From IMG/VR virus record IMGVR_UViG_3300045580_000382: a stretch of 64,000 bases of DNA; one strand, given 5' to 3'. Source of the DNA: an uncultured virus (IMG/VR IMGVR_UViG_3300045580_000382). Its lineage: Duplodnaviria; Heunggongvirae; Uroviricota; Caudoviricetes. The notes beneath the pieces were generated by a model. That model saw only the letters and a program-made list of their open reading frames with translations, searched no databases and was not told where the DNA came from. The first letter of the stretch is position 1. Every line of letters begins with the position of its first letter. Below are positions 45,481-54,350 of the stretch, piece by piece. The translations under genes were made by a program, and so were the position numbers.

Positions 45481-48099
45481 TTACTCGTCCTTACCTTCAG
45501 GCAGGATCGTTGGTAGATCCTTAAATTTCTGATCAGAATTACGGATAGCAAGTCCTTTAACAAAGGGCTTACCACCTTTACTAAAGCTACGGACTTCATC
45601 AAGGCCGAGTTGGTTCTTGCAGCAGTCCAGCAGTAGGTTAATGAAACGCTTTTGACCTACAGCTTTTGAGCCAGTGGCATCACAGTACTCGCAGTAGCTG
45701 GGATAGAGGTGGTAGTTGCTGTTGACATAGCGCTCATTATTTTCTTTGTTTCCATTTGGAATCTTCTTACCAACAGCAGTAACGTGATCTGCTTTAACAA
45801 CCTCTGATTGCAGCCATTCAATCAAGTTGTTGCTGTTAAGAAGGATGTTATTGCGGACGCGGCGTAGTGCAGGCACCATTTCGTTGGTGTCAAGCAGGTA
45901 CTGACGCATGGTTTGCTCATCCATTTCGAGCACCCAGTTCACCAGACCCGGCAGATAATCTTTCCAGATACCAGAAACACGGCCATGTTCAATCTTGATC
46001 ATGTCCTTAGCTTCACTATTACGGTCATATAAGGGCCTATTGAACTCAATTGTTAAGCGCCGGCGGCTTAAACCACTGGTGTTATCCGTGGTTTGAATCG
46101 GTTCGTTAGCAACAACCATGACCATGCCGGTGTACACAAATGGTTCACCGATGGGCTTTAGTTTCTCTTCATAGCGGAGAGAGTCACCACCGGTCAGGGC
46201 TTTGAAGGTCTGAGCAGAACCGCCGTAGCGCTCAGAGTCATTGATCAGTGTGAGGCGCTTTCCTTTGATGGATGAAAGTTCAAAACGGCTCTGCTCCAGC
46301 TGGTTGAGCGTGGTGCTGGCGTAGTTACCACTGCCCACAAGAGCACAGCAAAGGTTGGCAAAGGTGGATTTACCACGGCCACCTGGTCCAATCACTTCAA
46401 AGAAGCGCTGGATTTCATTACCACGCCCAACTAAGCAAGCACGCAGCCAAGCACGGAGCACATTGACCCGATCTTCATCACCGTATTGGGTTCGATAAAG
46501 CCATTCAGTAATAGGACCTGGATCAGCTTCTGGGATGTAATCAATATCAAGGCCCCAGATAATGAAGTGATCAGGGTTATGACCTAAGAATTCTTTGGTA
46601 TCGAGGTCAAAGACACCGTTACGGAATGCAAGACGGGAGGGATCGTCGTTCCATTGGTACTCGGTGAGGTGCCCCTCCAGCAGAGCACACACATCAGCAA
46701 CGAGATGAGAAGTGTACCCATTAGGGAGAGAAGTGTTTCCGAGGACGAATTGAACCTCGTGCCTAAAATCTTTCGTATGATCTTGCTCATTCCATACACC
46801 TCTATTCTTGTCATACTTCATGAACCTATCAAATCTAGGGTCATATCGCCAGCCGTTCTTATTGAACATTGGCGAAATGAAGTTAGCAATTTCAGAGGCA
46901 GGTGGATTACGAACCGGTGCCTTCTGCTTCTTGCTGCTAGGTAATAGTGGTTGACCTGCGAAACCAGGCAGATCTAGCTCTGGCGGAAAATCAACAAGGT
47001 CTTTCTCGCTGAATTGACCACCAAATAGCTCTTGAAAGAGAGTGTTCTCATCAGCATGGATGACAACACCTTCATTTTCCATCCCAACTTGCTTACGGAT
47101 GGTGTCAATGGAAGGAACAACAAAGCCTCCCATGTCGATGTAACCGTCTTCTTTTGCTTTTGCCCGTAGGGTTTTGAGACCACGGGCACCTTCTGGGTTA
47201 GGACCACCGGGCAAGCGCTCAAAGCTTGACCACTTCCGTTCGCAAGCCCCATCCTGAAAGTGATCGGATTGTGATGACCACTCAACCCAGTGCTCTAAGA
47301 GACTCTCATCAATTTGATGGAGTGACATGCCGATAGCAAGCCACTCTTCGTAGTCATCAGCCCGTTCGGGATTAAGGACTTGGAGATAAAGGAGAGCTTC
47401 TTCTATAGCAGACTCCAAGAAAAATTTGGAGTCATTGTCATAATTAATGGTGATGCTTTGGGTTACAACAGCACCAGCCGGTGAGGTTCGCTTACGGTAG
47501 CGGCTACTGGGGTATGCGCGAGCAATGGCTTGATAGAGCCACTCCGGCATCTCTGGAAGGTCTTTGGCGTATTCAAAGCCGCCGTGATTTGTTGTATAGT
47601 ATCCGTCAGTATCAGGATGGGCACCCATCAATGCACCTTGACGGGACCTCCAGAGGATTTCCCATGGCGCCTTATCAACTTTGATGGTTGCTTTATCGGG
47701 CAATTGCTGAATGCGATCCGGTGGCACCCGGAATAACATTCGGAATTTGCCTGGCTTCCCACTGGTGACGGTCAGTGTTGGCGGGAAGATTTGATCAATG
47801 GAACCACCGCCTAGTTTTTCAATGACGGGGATTGCTTCTTCCCCATCAATGTCAACAAAGATGAGAGCTAGGTCATTACTCCATTGTCCGCAGAGGAGAC
47901 CAACACCTGTTGCTCGACCTTCTTCCAGTTCCTTACGGATCTCAGAAACAGTTTTAGGATCTTGCGTCCAACCAGGAAGGTAAGCTTTCTTTCCTTGAAG
48001 GGGAGTTAGGGGGAAATCAACCGGGATGAAATCAAGATTGATTTGCCCTGGCAAGAGATGTTTATGAGGTGGCCGGGGCTCTGGGGTAGCGGTCGTCAC
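45481..48099 (-). CDS. Prim-pol primase + PriCT-2 + D5-family SF3 helicase
   Basis: GVGLLCG...FVDIDG; DDYEEWLAIGMSLH...WSS; LAFRNGVFDL; Walker A GPGGRGKST; FKALTGGD; RRRLTIEF. Confidence 0.92.
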   Translation of the reverse strand: MTTATPEPRPPHKHLLPGQINLDFIPVDFPLTPLQGKKAYLPGWTQDPKTVSEIRKELEEGRATGVGLLCGQWSNDLALIFVDIDGEEAIPVIEKLGGGSIDQIFPPTLTVTSGKPGKFRMLFRVPPDRIQQLPDKATIKVDKAPWEILWRSRQGALMGAHPDTDGYYTTNHGGFEYAKDLPEMPEWLYQAIARAYPSSRYRKRTSPAGAVVTQSITINYDNDSKFFLESAIEEALLYLQVLNPERADDYEEWLAIGMSLHQIDESLLEHWVEWSSQSDHFQDGACERKWSSFERLPGGPNPEGARGLKTLRAKAKEDGYIDMGGFVVPSIDTIRKQVGMENEGVVIHADENTLFQELFGGQFSEKDLVDFPPELDLPGFAGQPLLPSSKKQKAPVRNPPASEIANFISPMFNKNGWRYDPRFDRFMKYDKNRGVWNEQDHTKDFRHEVQFVLGNTSLPNGYTSHLVADVCALLEGHLTEYQWNDDPSRLAFRNGVFDLDTKEFLGHNPDHFIIWGLDIDYIPEADPGPITEWLYRTQYGDEDRVNVLRAWLRACLVGRGNEIQRFFEVIGPGGRGKSTFANLCCALVGSGNYASTTLNQLEQSRFELSSIKGKRLTLINDSERYGGSAQTFKALTGGDSLRYEEKLKPIGEPFVYTGMVMVVANEPIQTTDNTSGLSRRRLTIEFNRPLYDRNSEAKDMIKIEHGRVSGIWKDYLPGLVNWVLEMDEQTMRQYLLDTNEMVPALRRVRNNILLNSNNLIEWLQSEVVKADHVTAVGKKIPNGNKENNERYVNSNYHLYPSYCEYCDATGSKAVGQKRFINLLLDCCKNQLGLDEVRSFSKGGKPFVKGLAIRNSDQKFKDLPTILPEGKDE

Positions 48100-48147
48100 G
48101 TTGTTTTATTGCGGATCAAAGGGGAAGACGACGGAGCCAGCGTAGCG

Positions 48148-48162
48148 GTACTTGACAAGTAC
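48148..48162. promoter_or_regulatory. Perfect palindrome, candidate operator upstream of the primase gene
   Basis: GTACTTG-a-CAAGTAC next to a - strand TACGCT -10-like hexamer. Confidence 0.45.
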
Positions 48163-48219
48163 GCCAGAGGAACCACCGTATTTCTTCGTATCTTTAATTT
48201 ACGAGGCAGACACCTGCAC

Positions 48220-49140
48220 TCAGGCGTCGCCGTCCACCACATCAAGATCAATCTCGGTCTTATTTTGCGCTGGCAGGATCTCAGAATAGTACTTGTTAAC
48301 AGCTTCTAGCCACTTGTTTTTGTACTTTTCGATGGTGTTCCCTTGTACCGCAAAGACCTGTGACCGCTCGCGGGTGGCAACAAAAATCATCATAATTTCA
48401 GGAATGATGCCAACCGTGTGCTCTAAAGCCATAGCGTAAGCACCCATTTGCATCATGCATTTCTGATACTTCATGAAGCCTGCACGCTTCATTCCATATT
48501 CACTTCTGAGGGTTTCAGGTCCTGGCCACTTGCTGTAATACAGGCCATTACTGGTCTTAAGGTCACCAAGTACCACCTTTCCTTTGTACTCTGCCACGAT
48601 GTCAGGAGCACCAGCCCAACCCCACGTTTCGTTCTCTTGAACACCTGGATGCCAGACTCGGGAGATACCATCACCACCCATGGTCCAAGCAAAATCATCA
48701 GGATTGGCAGGGTTTTCAGCCCAGACCACCCGGTCCAACTTGTCCAATTTTTCAGGAAGGCCTTGCCAGAACTGAGCAATTTCTTCATCGTCGATGACAG
48801 GGTTCTTGTTGATACCAAGGAGATACTCCTCCATGAGGGAGTGAACACGGGTACCACGAGCAGCTGCTGCTTCTCGACCACCAGGATTTTTCTTAGCCCA
48901 ACGTTCTAATGCAACCTTGTTACCACCAGTTGCAGAGAGGATAGTAGTAACAGAGGGGAGCGCACCGTATGGCGTCTTGTAATGCCGACTGCCGTTAATT
49001 TCTAAGCGGGTATTCCCGTCCGAGCGATAGTCCAAAAACTGCTCATACGATGCAGTTTTAGAGTACGGCGTATAAATCTTGCGCTCTAATTCTTCTATTA
49101 GCTGAACGTCTGCACAAATTTCATCCAGTACAGCAGGCAC
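48220..49140 (-). CDS. PD-(D/E)XK exonuclease
   Basis: LPSVTTIL...RGTRVH...AGAPD...GDLKTS...QMGAYAMA. Confidence 0.88.
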   Translation of the reverse strand: MPAVLDEICADVQLIEELERKIYTPYSKTASYEQFLDYRSDGNTRLEINGSRHYKTPYGALPSVTTILSATGGNKVALERWAKKNPGGREAAAARGTRVHSLMEEYLLGINKNPVIDDEEIAQFWQGLPEKLDKLDRVVWAENPANPDDFAWTMGGDGISRVWHPGVQENETWGWAGAPDIVAEYKGKVVLGDLKTSNGLYYSKWPGPETLRSEYGMKRAGFMKYQKCMMQMGAYAMALEHTVGIIPEIMMIFVATRERSQVFAVQGNTIEKYKNKWLEAVNKYYSEILPAQNKTEIDLDVVDGDA

Positions 49141-49193
49141 AAGCGACGTTCAAGTCCCTGTAACGTAGCAAAAAACCGAGTGATGGCAAGCAA

Positions 49194-49442
49194 TTAGAAG
49201 TGTTTAACCCCTTTCATGACCCGGCGGATGTCCGGATCAATGACGCGGTGGTTGAAATCAGGGCGCTTTTTTTCTGCATTGAAGTAGAAAAGAAAAGAAT
49301 GCTTAAGATCCCAGGTAATATCAAGGCTGCCCCAGCTGTCGTAGTCCGTGCTGGAGTTAAACCAATGAATGAGGAGCGGACCAAAGCGCAGGTGGCCCCA
49401 TTCAATGTCTACGTCAAAGTAGTAGAGGGGCGGGTGGTTCAT
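49194..49442 (-). CDS. Hypothetical protein
   Basis: ATGA-coupled ORF. Confidence 0.5.
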   Translation of the reverse strand: MNHPPLYYFDVDIEWGHLRFGPLLIHWFNSSTDYDSWGSLDITWDLKHSFLFYFNAEKKRPDFNHRVIDPDIRRVMKGVKHF

Positions 49443-49732
49443 TCTTCTGTTATTTCTGGGCGGCGGAAGCAGTTTTCCACGTTGTTAACAAACTTAAGCG
49501 ACTGATAGTTCTGAACCTCCTTTTGAATCAACTCATGGATTACAAAGGCAGTTTTGACAGCATCTTGAGGGTCCATGCCCCACTTGGAATTAGCAAGTAG
49601 TCCAGAGACCAAGATGGTGATAGCAAGTTCTTGAGGATGGCTCACAAAGGAACGTAGGGAACGACCGTTATCAGTAAAGCTACCCAGTAGAAATGCGAGA
49701 TCAGATACTGGATTATGTCCTTTTTCATTCAT
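49439..49732 (-). CDS. Hypothetical protein
   Basis: Coupled ORF with likely start MNEKG. Confidence 0.55.
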   Translation of the reverse strand: MNEKGHNPVSDLAFLLGSFTDNGRSLRSFVSHPQELAITILVSGLLANSKWGMDPQDAVKTAFVIHELIQKEVQNYQSLKFVNNVENCFRRPEITEE

Positions 49733-49985
49733 CGTTCTCGTCCCAATCAACAATACTGTAGAGGGTAACGTAATCTTTTTTGATAATAGGTTGAATCAAT
49801 CCTTCTGCCTTGAGTGCACTAAGGCGGCGGGTGATGGTGCGGTGATTACGTTCAAACTGCTTAGCAATTTTTGTGATGGGCATGAGGACCAGCAGAGAAC
49901 CTTGATAGGAGGTTGCCTCCTTATGAAGATACTCATAGATGGACAATGCAAGATCATCCATCAGCTCATTCTTTGCTGGTCCCAT
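49725..49985 (-). CDS. Winged helix-turn-helix protein
   Basis: ITKIAKQFERNHRTITRRLSALKAEGLI. Confidence 0.75.
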   Translation of the reverse strand: MGPAKNELMDDLALSIYEYLHKEATSYQGSLLVLMPITKIAKQFERNHRTITRRLSALKAEGLIQPIIKKDYVTLYSIVDWDENDE

Positions 49986-49990
49986 ATGCT

Positions 49991-50230
49991 TTATGACTCT
50001 GTTTCTGATTGTAATTGCAGTGTTTCTTGGTATCGGGTGATTGATTTCTTAGCGGTCTCAAGGTCCATGCCCCAGCAGGGTTCCCAACCGTATTCTTTCG
50101 AGGGGTAACGGTAGAGGATGTGACCGGTTACACCGTGGCGCAAACATTCAATGGAGTAACCGTTGAAGTCAATGGGCTCAAGGGGTTCGGAGGGTTTACC
50201 ACGGAAACGGATTTTAGTACTGCGAGCCAT
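49991..50230 (-). CDS. Hypothetical protein
   Basis: 79-aa ORF heading the operon. Confidence 0.55.
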   Translation of the reverse strand: MARSTKIRFRGKPSEPLEPIDFNGYSIECLRHGVTGHILYRYPSKEYGWEPCWGMDLETAKKSITRYQETLQLQSETES

Positions 50231-50264
50231 AGAAAGTTCTCAACGGTACTAAGTTAGCGCATAT

Positions 50265-50300
50265 AAAAAGCAGATCAACCAGGTAAGTGATTGATCTGCT
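50265..50300 (-). terminator. Probable intrinsic terminator after the low-complexity gene
   Basis: 10-bp inverted repeat agcagatcaa/ttgatctgct with a T-run on the - strand. Confidence 0.55.
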
Positions 50301-50339
50301 GATTTAACTAACCTTTAAAAGAAGTTGGCTGAGTAGGAG

Positions 50340-52964
50340 TTACTTCTTACCGCCTTGTTTCTTGGGAGGTTGGTTTTTACCACCCTGTCCTTTACCACCT
50401 TGGCCTTTACCACCCTGGTTTTTGGGAGGTTGTTGCTTAGGAGGTTGCTGTTGAGGGGGTTGTTTCTTAGGAGGTTGCTGCTGGGGAGGCTGCTTTTTAG
50501 GAGGTTGGTTCTTAGGAGGCTGGTTTTTGCCACCTTGGTTACCACCGCCTTGGTTCTTACCGCCTTGTTTTTTGGGTGGTTGATTCTTAGGAGGTTGGTT
50601 CTTAGGAGGCTGCTTCTTAGGTGCTTGTTTCTTGGGTGGACCTTGATCCTTAGGACCTTGGTTCTTACCACCTTGACCTTTGCCACCTTGATTCTTACCG
50701 CCTTGGCCTTTACCACCTTGTCCGGGGAAACCAGGACCAACGGGTTGTTGCTGCTTAGGACCTTGCTTCTTACCGCCTTGCATCTTGGTGCCAGGCATTT
50801 TTCCGCCTTGTCCTTTACCGCCTTGACCCTTACCACCTTGGCCTTTACCGCCTTGTCCAGGACCGCCAAGGATTGGAGGAAGTCCAGGTTGGTTCTTGCC
50901 ACCTTGACCTTTACCACCTTGTTTCTTACCACCTTGGCCTTTAGGTCCTTGACCTTTGCCGCCTTGACCTTTTCCACCTTGGCCTTTGCCACCCTGGCCC
51001 TTACCGCCTTGACCAGGACGATTTTTACCGCCTTGGTTTCCGCCGGCTTGACCTGGGCGATTTTTACCACCTTGGCCACCGCCTTTAGGACCACGGTTTT
51101 TACCACCCTGGCCACGATCACGGTTACGACCGCCACGGCCACCAACACCGCCGCCAATACCAGTATCAATACCGGTAGGAGCAGTCTCTTCACCAGTGGC
51201 ATCTTCTTCTGTAACACCAGTACCAGTACCAGTATCAGTAGTACCTGTATCAGTAGTTTGATCAGTACCAGTAGCACCGGTACCAGTAGTACCTGCATCG
51301 GTTGGAGCACCGGTAGCACCTGTGCCTGAACCTTCATCAAAGGTACCTTCATCAGAAGCGGTAGGACCACCGCCTTGTTTCTTAGGAGGTTGTTTTTTAG
51401 GTTGTTGTTTCTTAGGAGGTTGCTTCTTAGGTGCTTGTTTTTTAGGAGGTTGTTTTGGACCTGGGGCTTCTCCTTCGCCGCCATCACCACCAGGTGCTTC
51501 ACCGGTAGCACGACGACGTGCTTGAGCAGCAGCTAGTGCAGCAGCAGCATTACTACCACCGGCGCGACGTTGCTCTTCTTCTGAAAGGAGACCTTTAATA
51601 CCGAAGCCACCTTCTCCACCTTCCTCTTCGTCGGAGCCACCAGAAGTGGAACCTTGTTGAGTAGGTTCTTCTTCCTCTTCTGCCGGAGCATTATCGGAAG
51701 TAGTTTCTTCTTCGCCTTCTTGACCAGGATTGTTTTCTTCAACAAATTCATCTAGGAATTCATTGGGATCACGAGCTGGTTCTTGAGTACTAGGTTCTTC
51801 ACCACCTTGGGTAGAAGTGTCTTCAGTACCCGTGGTTTGTTCAGTACCAGTGGTTTGTTCGGTACCGGTACCTTGATCGGTGCCAGTATCTTGATCACCG
51901 CCAGTGCTCTGGTCAGTACCTGTATCAGTTCCCTGATCAGTACCTGTACCGGTATCTTGTTCGCCACCTTGACCAGGACGATTCCTGCCTGGACGATTCT
52001 TACCACCAGGACGATTCTTACCGCCAGGACCATTTTTGCCACCAGGACGATTTTTACCGCCTTGGTTACCACCGGGTTGACCTGGACGGTTCTTACCACC
52101 TTGTCCTGGCATCCGATCATTCATACCGGGGCCAAAACCTTCGCCACCTTGGTTGGGGCGATTTTTGTTACCGGGACGATTTTTATTACCAGGACCTTTG
52201 TTACCAGGACCCTTGTTGCCTGGGCGATTTTTATTACCAGGGCCTTGGTTACCAGGTAATTCAGGACCACCTGGGAAGTTAGGACCTAAACCTTTAGGAC
52301 CTTGCTTTTTACCAGGTTGGTTTTTGTTGCCAGGACCTTTTTGACCTGGACCTTTAGGTTGTTGACCAGGACCTTTTGGACCTTGGTTCTTAGGACCTTG
52401 ATTTTTAGGGGCTTGTTTTTTACCAGGTTGACCAGGACCTTTTTGACCTGGACCCTTAGGTGCTTGACCCGGACCCTTTGGACCTTGGTTTTGAGGAGGT
52501 TGCTTAGTACCGCTACCAAACTTAGGACCTGGAGCGGAACCTTTTGGAGGCTGGTTTTTAGGACCTTGGTTACCACCACCATTTTGGCCTGGACCTTTAG
52601 GACCTTGCCCTTTTGGTGCTTGGTTTTTAGGACCTTGACCACCACCGCCACCTTGACCAGGGAATTTTGGACCTGGTTGGTTTTTAGGTGCCTGTGTTAC
52701 AGGGTTATTCTTAGGTGCCTGTGTTTGAGCAGGACCTTGAGGCGCACGAGCTTGCATCTGTTGAACAACAGGAGCAGGAGCTTTAGGTGCTTGAGCTTGT
52801 TGAACAAAAGCTTTAGGAGGTTGAGGCGCAAAAGCTTGTTGTGCAGGCTGGAAAGGTAACGCCGCTGGGGCCGATGCCTTAGGAGGTGGAGCTTGCGGTG
52901 GCGGGCTCTTTGGACCACCACCACCGGGGCCACGAGCACCACCACCTGGTGATTTCGGAGGCAT
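50340..52964 (-). CDS. 874-aa intrinsically disordered G/K/Q/P/N repeat protein with acidic blocks
   Basis: Uninterrupted ORF; synonymous third-position variation among repeats supports this frame; TAGAGT upstream and a terminator downstream. Confidence 0.8.
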   Translation of the reverse strand: MPPKSPGGGARGPGGGGPKSPPPQAPPPKASAPAALPFQPAQQAFAPQPPKAFVQQAQAPKAPAPVVQQMQARAPQGPAQTQAPKNNPVTQAPKNQPGPKFPGQGGGGGQGPKNQAPKGQGPKGPGQNGGGNQGPKNQPPKGSAPGPKFGSGTKQPPQNQGPKGPGQAPKGPGQKGPGQPGKKQAPKNQGPKNQGPKGPGQQPKGPGQKGPGNKNQPGKKQGPKGLGPNFPGGPELPGNQGPGNKNRPGNKGPGNKGPGNKNRPGNKNRPNQGGEGFGPGMNDRMPGQGGKNRPGQPGGNQGGKNRPGGKNGPGGKNRPGGKNRPGRNRPGQGGEQDTGTGTDQGTDTGTDQSTGGDQDTGTDQGTGTEQTTGTEQTTGTEDTSTQGGEEPSTQEPARDPNEFLDEFVEENNPGQEGEEETTSDNAPAEEEEEPTQQGSTSGGSDEEEGGEGGFGIKGLLSEEEQRRAGGSNAAAALAAAQARRRATGEAPGGDGGEGEAPGPKQPPKKQAPKKQPPKKQQPKKQPPKKQGGGPTASDEGTFDEGSGTGATGAPTDAGTTGTGATGTDQTTDTGTTDTGTGTGVTEEDATGEETAPTGIDTGIGGGVGGRGGRNRDRGQGGKNRGPKGGGQGGKNRPGQAGGNQGGKNRPGQGGKGQGGKGQGGKGQGGKGQGPKGQGGKKQGGKGQGGKNQPGLPPILGGPGQGGKGQGGKGQGGKGQGGKMPGTKMQGGKKQGPKQQQPVGPGFPGQGGKGQGGKNQGGKGQGGKNQGPKDQGPPKKQAPKKQPPKNQPPKNQPPKKQGGKNQGGGNQGGKNQPPKNQPPKKQPPQQQPPKKQPPQQQPPKQQPPKNQGGKGQGGKGQGGKNQPPKKQGGKK

Positions 52965-53026
52965 AACAAATATCAATGATTGCCATACCTACTCTACCAA
53001 ATATTTTGTTAGTGCTCTTCAATAAG

Positions 53027-53269
53027 TCAGAGTATTTCTGTTTTATCTTCTAGTGTTTCGTGCCATCCTTCCTTTAAAAAACCGTAGTCACGGGCTTGTG
53101 TTACGGATTTTTTCTCACCGCATACACCACACTTTCCGTTGTGAAAGGTAGCACAGTGTTTTACTGGTCCAGAATATTTTCCTTCATCCCACCAAAGACC
53201 CCATTGTCTACCACATTCTGTGCATACCCAATCAGGTTGCAAGAAGTCAAGTGGCTTGTGAGTTTTCAT
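53027..53269 (-). CDS. Small zinc-finger protein
   Basis: CTEC...TFH.GKCGVC...ARDYGFL. Confidence 0.65.
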   Translation of the reverse strand: MKTHKPLDFLQPDWVCTECGRQWGLWWDEGKYSGPVKHCATFHNGKCGVCGEKKSVTQARDYGFLKEGWHETLEDKTEIL

Positions 53270-53301
53270 TTAATAGAGAGCTATTACTTTCATTGTATTT
53301 C

Positions 53302-53715
53302 TTATTTGTTTCCGTAATCATCTTCATCTTCTCCTGATATTGTTTGCTGATCCATTGACTTTCCTGGGGCTGAACTTGAGCAGCTGCTTGGATTAGTTGA
53401 GCCAGTTTGTTTGTTTGCATGTTGGGAGAAGTAGTTGTTTTTCCAGTAGTCTTCTGGCCTATCAATTACATCTCCTTCATAGAAGATGTTTAGATAAGGA
53501 CCACGTTCAGAGAATAAACTTTCAGATGGAATGTTAAGGAATGTGTGAACTTCAAAACAAGTAATATCATTGAGTGAACGACAAAAGAATTCAGGGTCTT
53601 CTTTCTTTATGTCGTAAGTTGTATAGGCTACTTCTGTAAGAGTAACCTCTGGATCAATCAATGGATACAAATCATGAAAACGTTGGAGCTTGTTAATCAG
53701 TTCTGAGAGTCTCAT
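53302..53715 (-). CDS. Hypothetical protein
   Basis: N-terminal MRLSELINKLQ is common in phage early proteins. Confidence 0.55.
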   Translation of the reverse strand: MRLSELINKLQRFHDLYPLIDPEVTLTEVAYTTYDIKKEDPEFFCRSLNDITCFEVHTFLNIPSESLFSERGPYLNIFYEGDVIDRPEDYWKNNYFSQHANKQTGSTNPSSCSSSAPGKSMDQQTISGEDEDDYGNK

Positions 53716-53882
53716 TCAGAGTAAGGTTCATACAACTCAAGTTGATCAAGAAACTTTTCAGCCTCATTGATAGCTTGTTGATAACCATTAACCCAATCAG
53801 TTGAAGTCTCTGGCCCACCAATGTGTGATAGGAGAAAGACATTCAAACGGCGGATTAATTTATCCTTGACAATCTTGATCAT
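53712..53882 (-). CDS. 56-aa hypothetical protein (not in ORF track)
   Basis: MIKIVKDKLIRRLNVFLL...WVNGYQQAINE; ATGA-coupled to the next gene. Confidence 0.55.
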   Translation of the reverse strand: MIKIVKDKLIRRLNVFLLSHIGGPETSTDWVNGYQQAINEAEKFLDQLELYEPYSE

Positions 53883-54057
53883 TGTTTTCAGGATCTACTT
53901 TCCTGAGAATAAATGATCCATCATCTTGTTTAATAAACTCCAAAGCTTCACCTTCAGCAAACCGCATGAATTCCCATAGCTCGTCTGTGAAGGTGAGAAC
54001 ACCGTTCTCATCAACATCACAGATCCAGGATTTGGTGTTTTCATTTGGTTGTTCCAT
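53860..54057 (-). CDS. AbrB-like protein
   Basis: VDENGVLTFTDELWEFMRFAEGEALEFIKQDDGSFILRKV. Confidence 0.65.
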   Translation of the reverse strand: MEQPNENTKSWICDVDENGVLTFTDELWEFMRFAEGEALEFIKQDDGSFILRKVDPENNDQDCQG

Positions 54058-54205
54058 TGTTAAATCCCAAGTACCGATCAAGCTCATTCTTGAGGAGTGA
54101 GTACATTGAATCAAGCATTTCATCAGAAGTTCTAAACGTTAAAAGGTTTTGTTTATCAGGAAGAGTTTTCTCTGCCTCAGGTGCTTGATCAGACTGATAG
54201 AACAT
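54041..54205 (-). CDS. Hypothetical protein
   Basis: First ORF of a - strand operon; likely start MFYQSD. Confidence 0.4.
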   Translation of the reverse strand: MFYQSDQAPEAEKTLPDKQNLLTFRTSDEMLDSMYSLLKNELDRYLGFNNGTTK

Positions 54206-54350
54206 GGAGTGGATGCAGGCCAGAGGGCGCACCAACACTAGCGAGTTGTTCCTGTAGCGGCTAGGGGAGGTGTGGGTCTTAGCACAACTCTTAAAAGTTA
54301 TTTATTACAAATGAGATAGTATAATATAAATTGAATCTACCTTAAGATTA

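Noticed and set aside
48148..48162. NtcA or cyanobacterial LexA box
   Set aside because: Spacing is GTA-N9-TAC (NtcA needs N8) and GTAC-N7-GTAC (the LexA box spacer is shorter).
50315..52969. Long alternative-frame and antisense ORFs over the repeat gene (e.g. 50315-51511, 50355-51329, 51783-52259, 52302-52859)
   Set aside because: These are expected shadows of repetitive GGT/AAG/CAA/CCT codons that lack stops in other frames. They have no clear RBS, and variation among repeats is synonymous in the 50340 frame.
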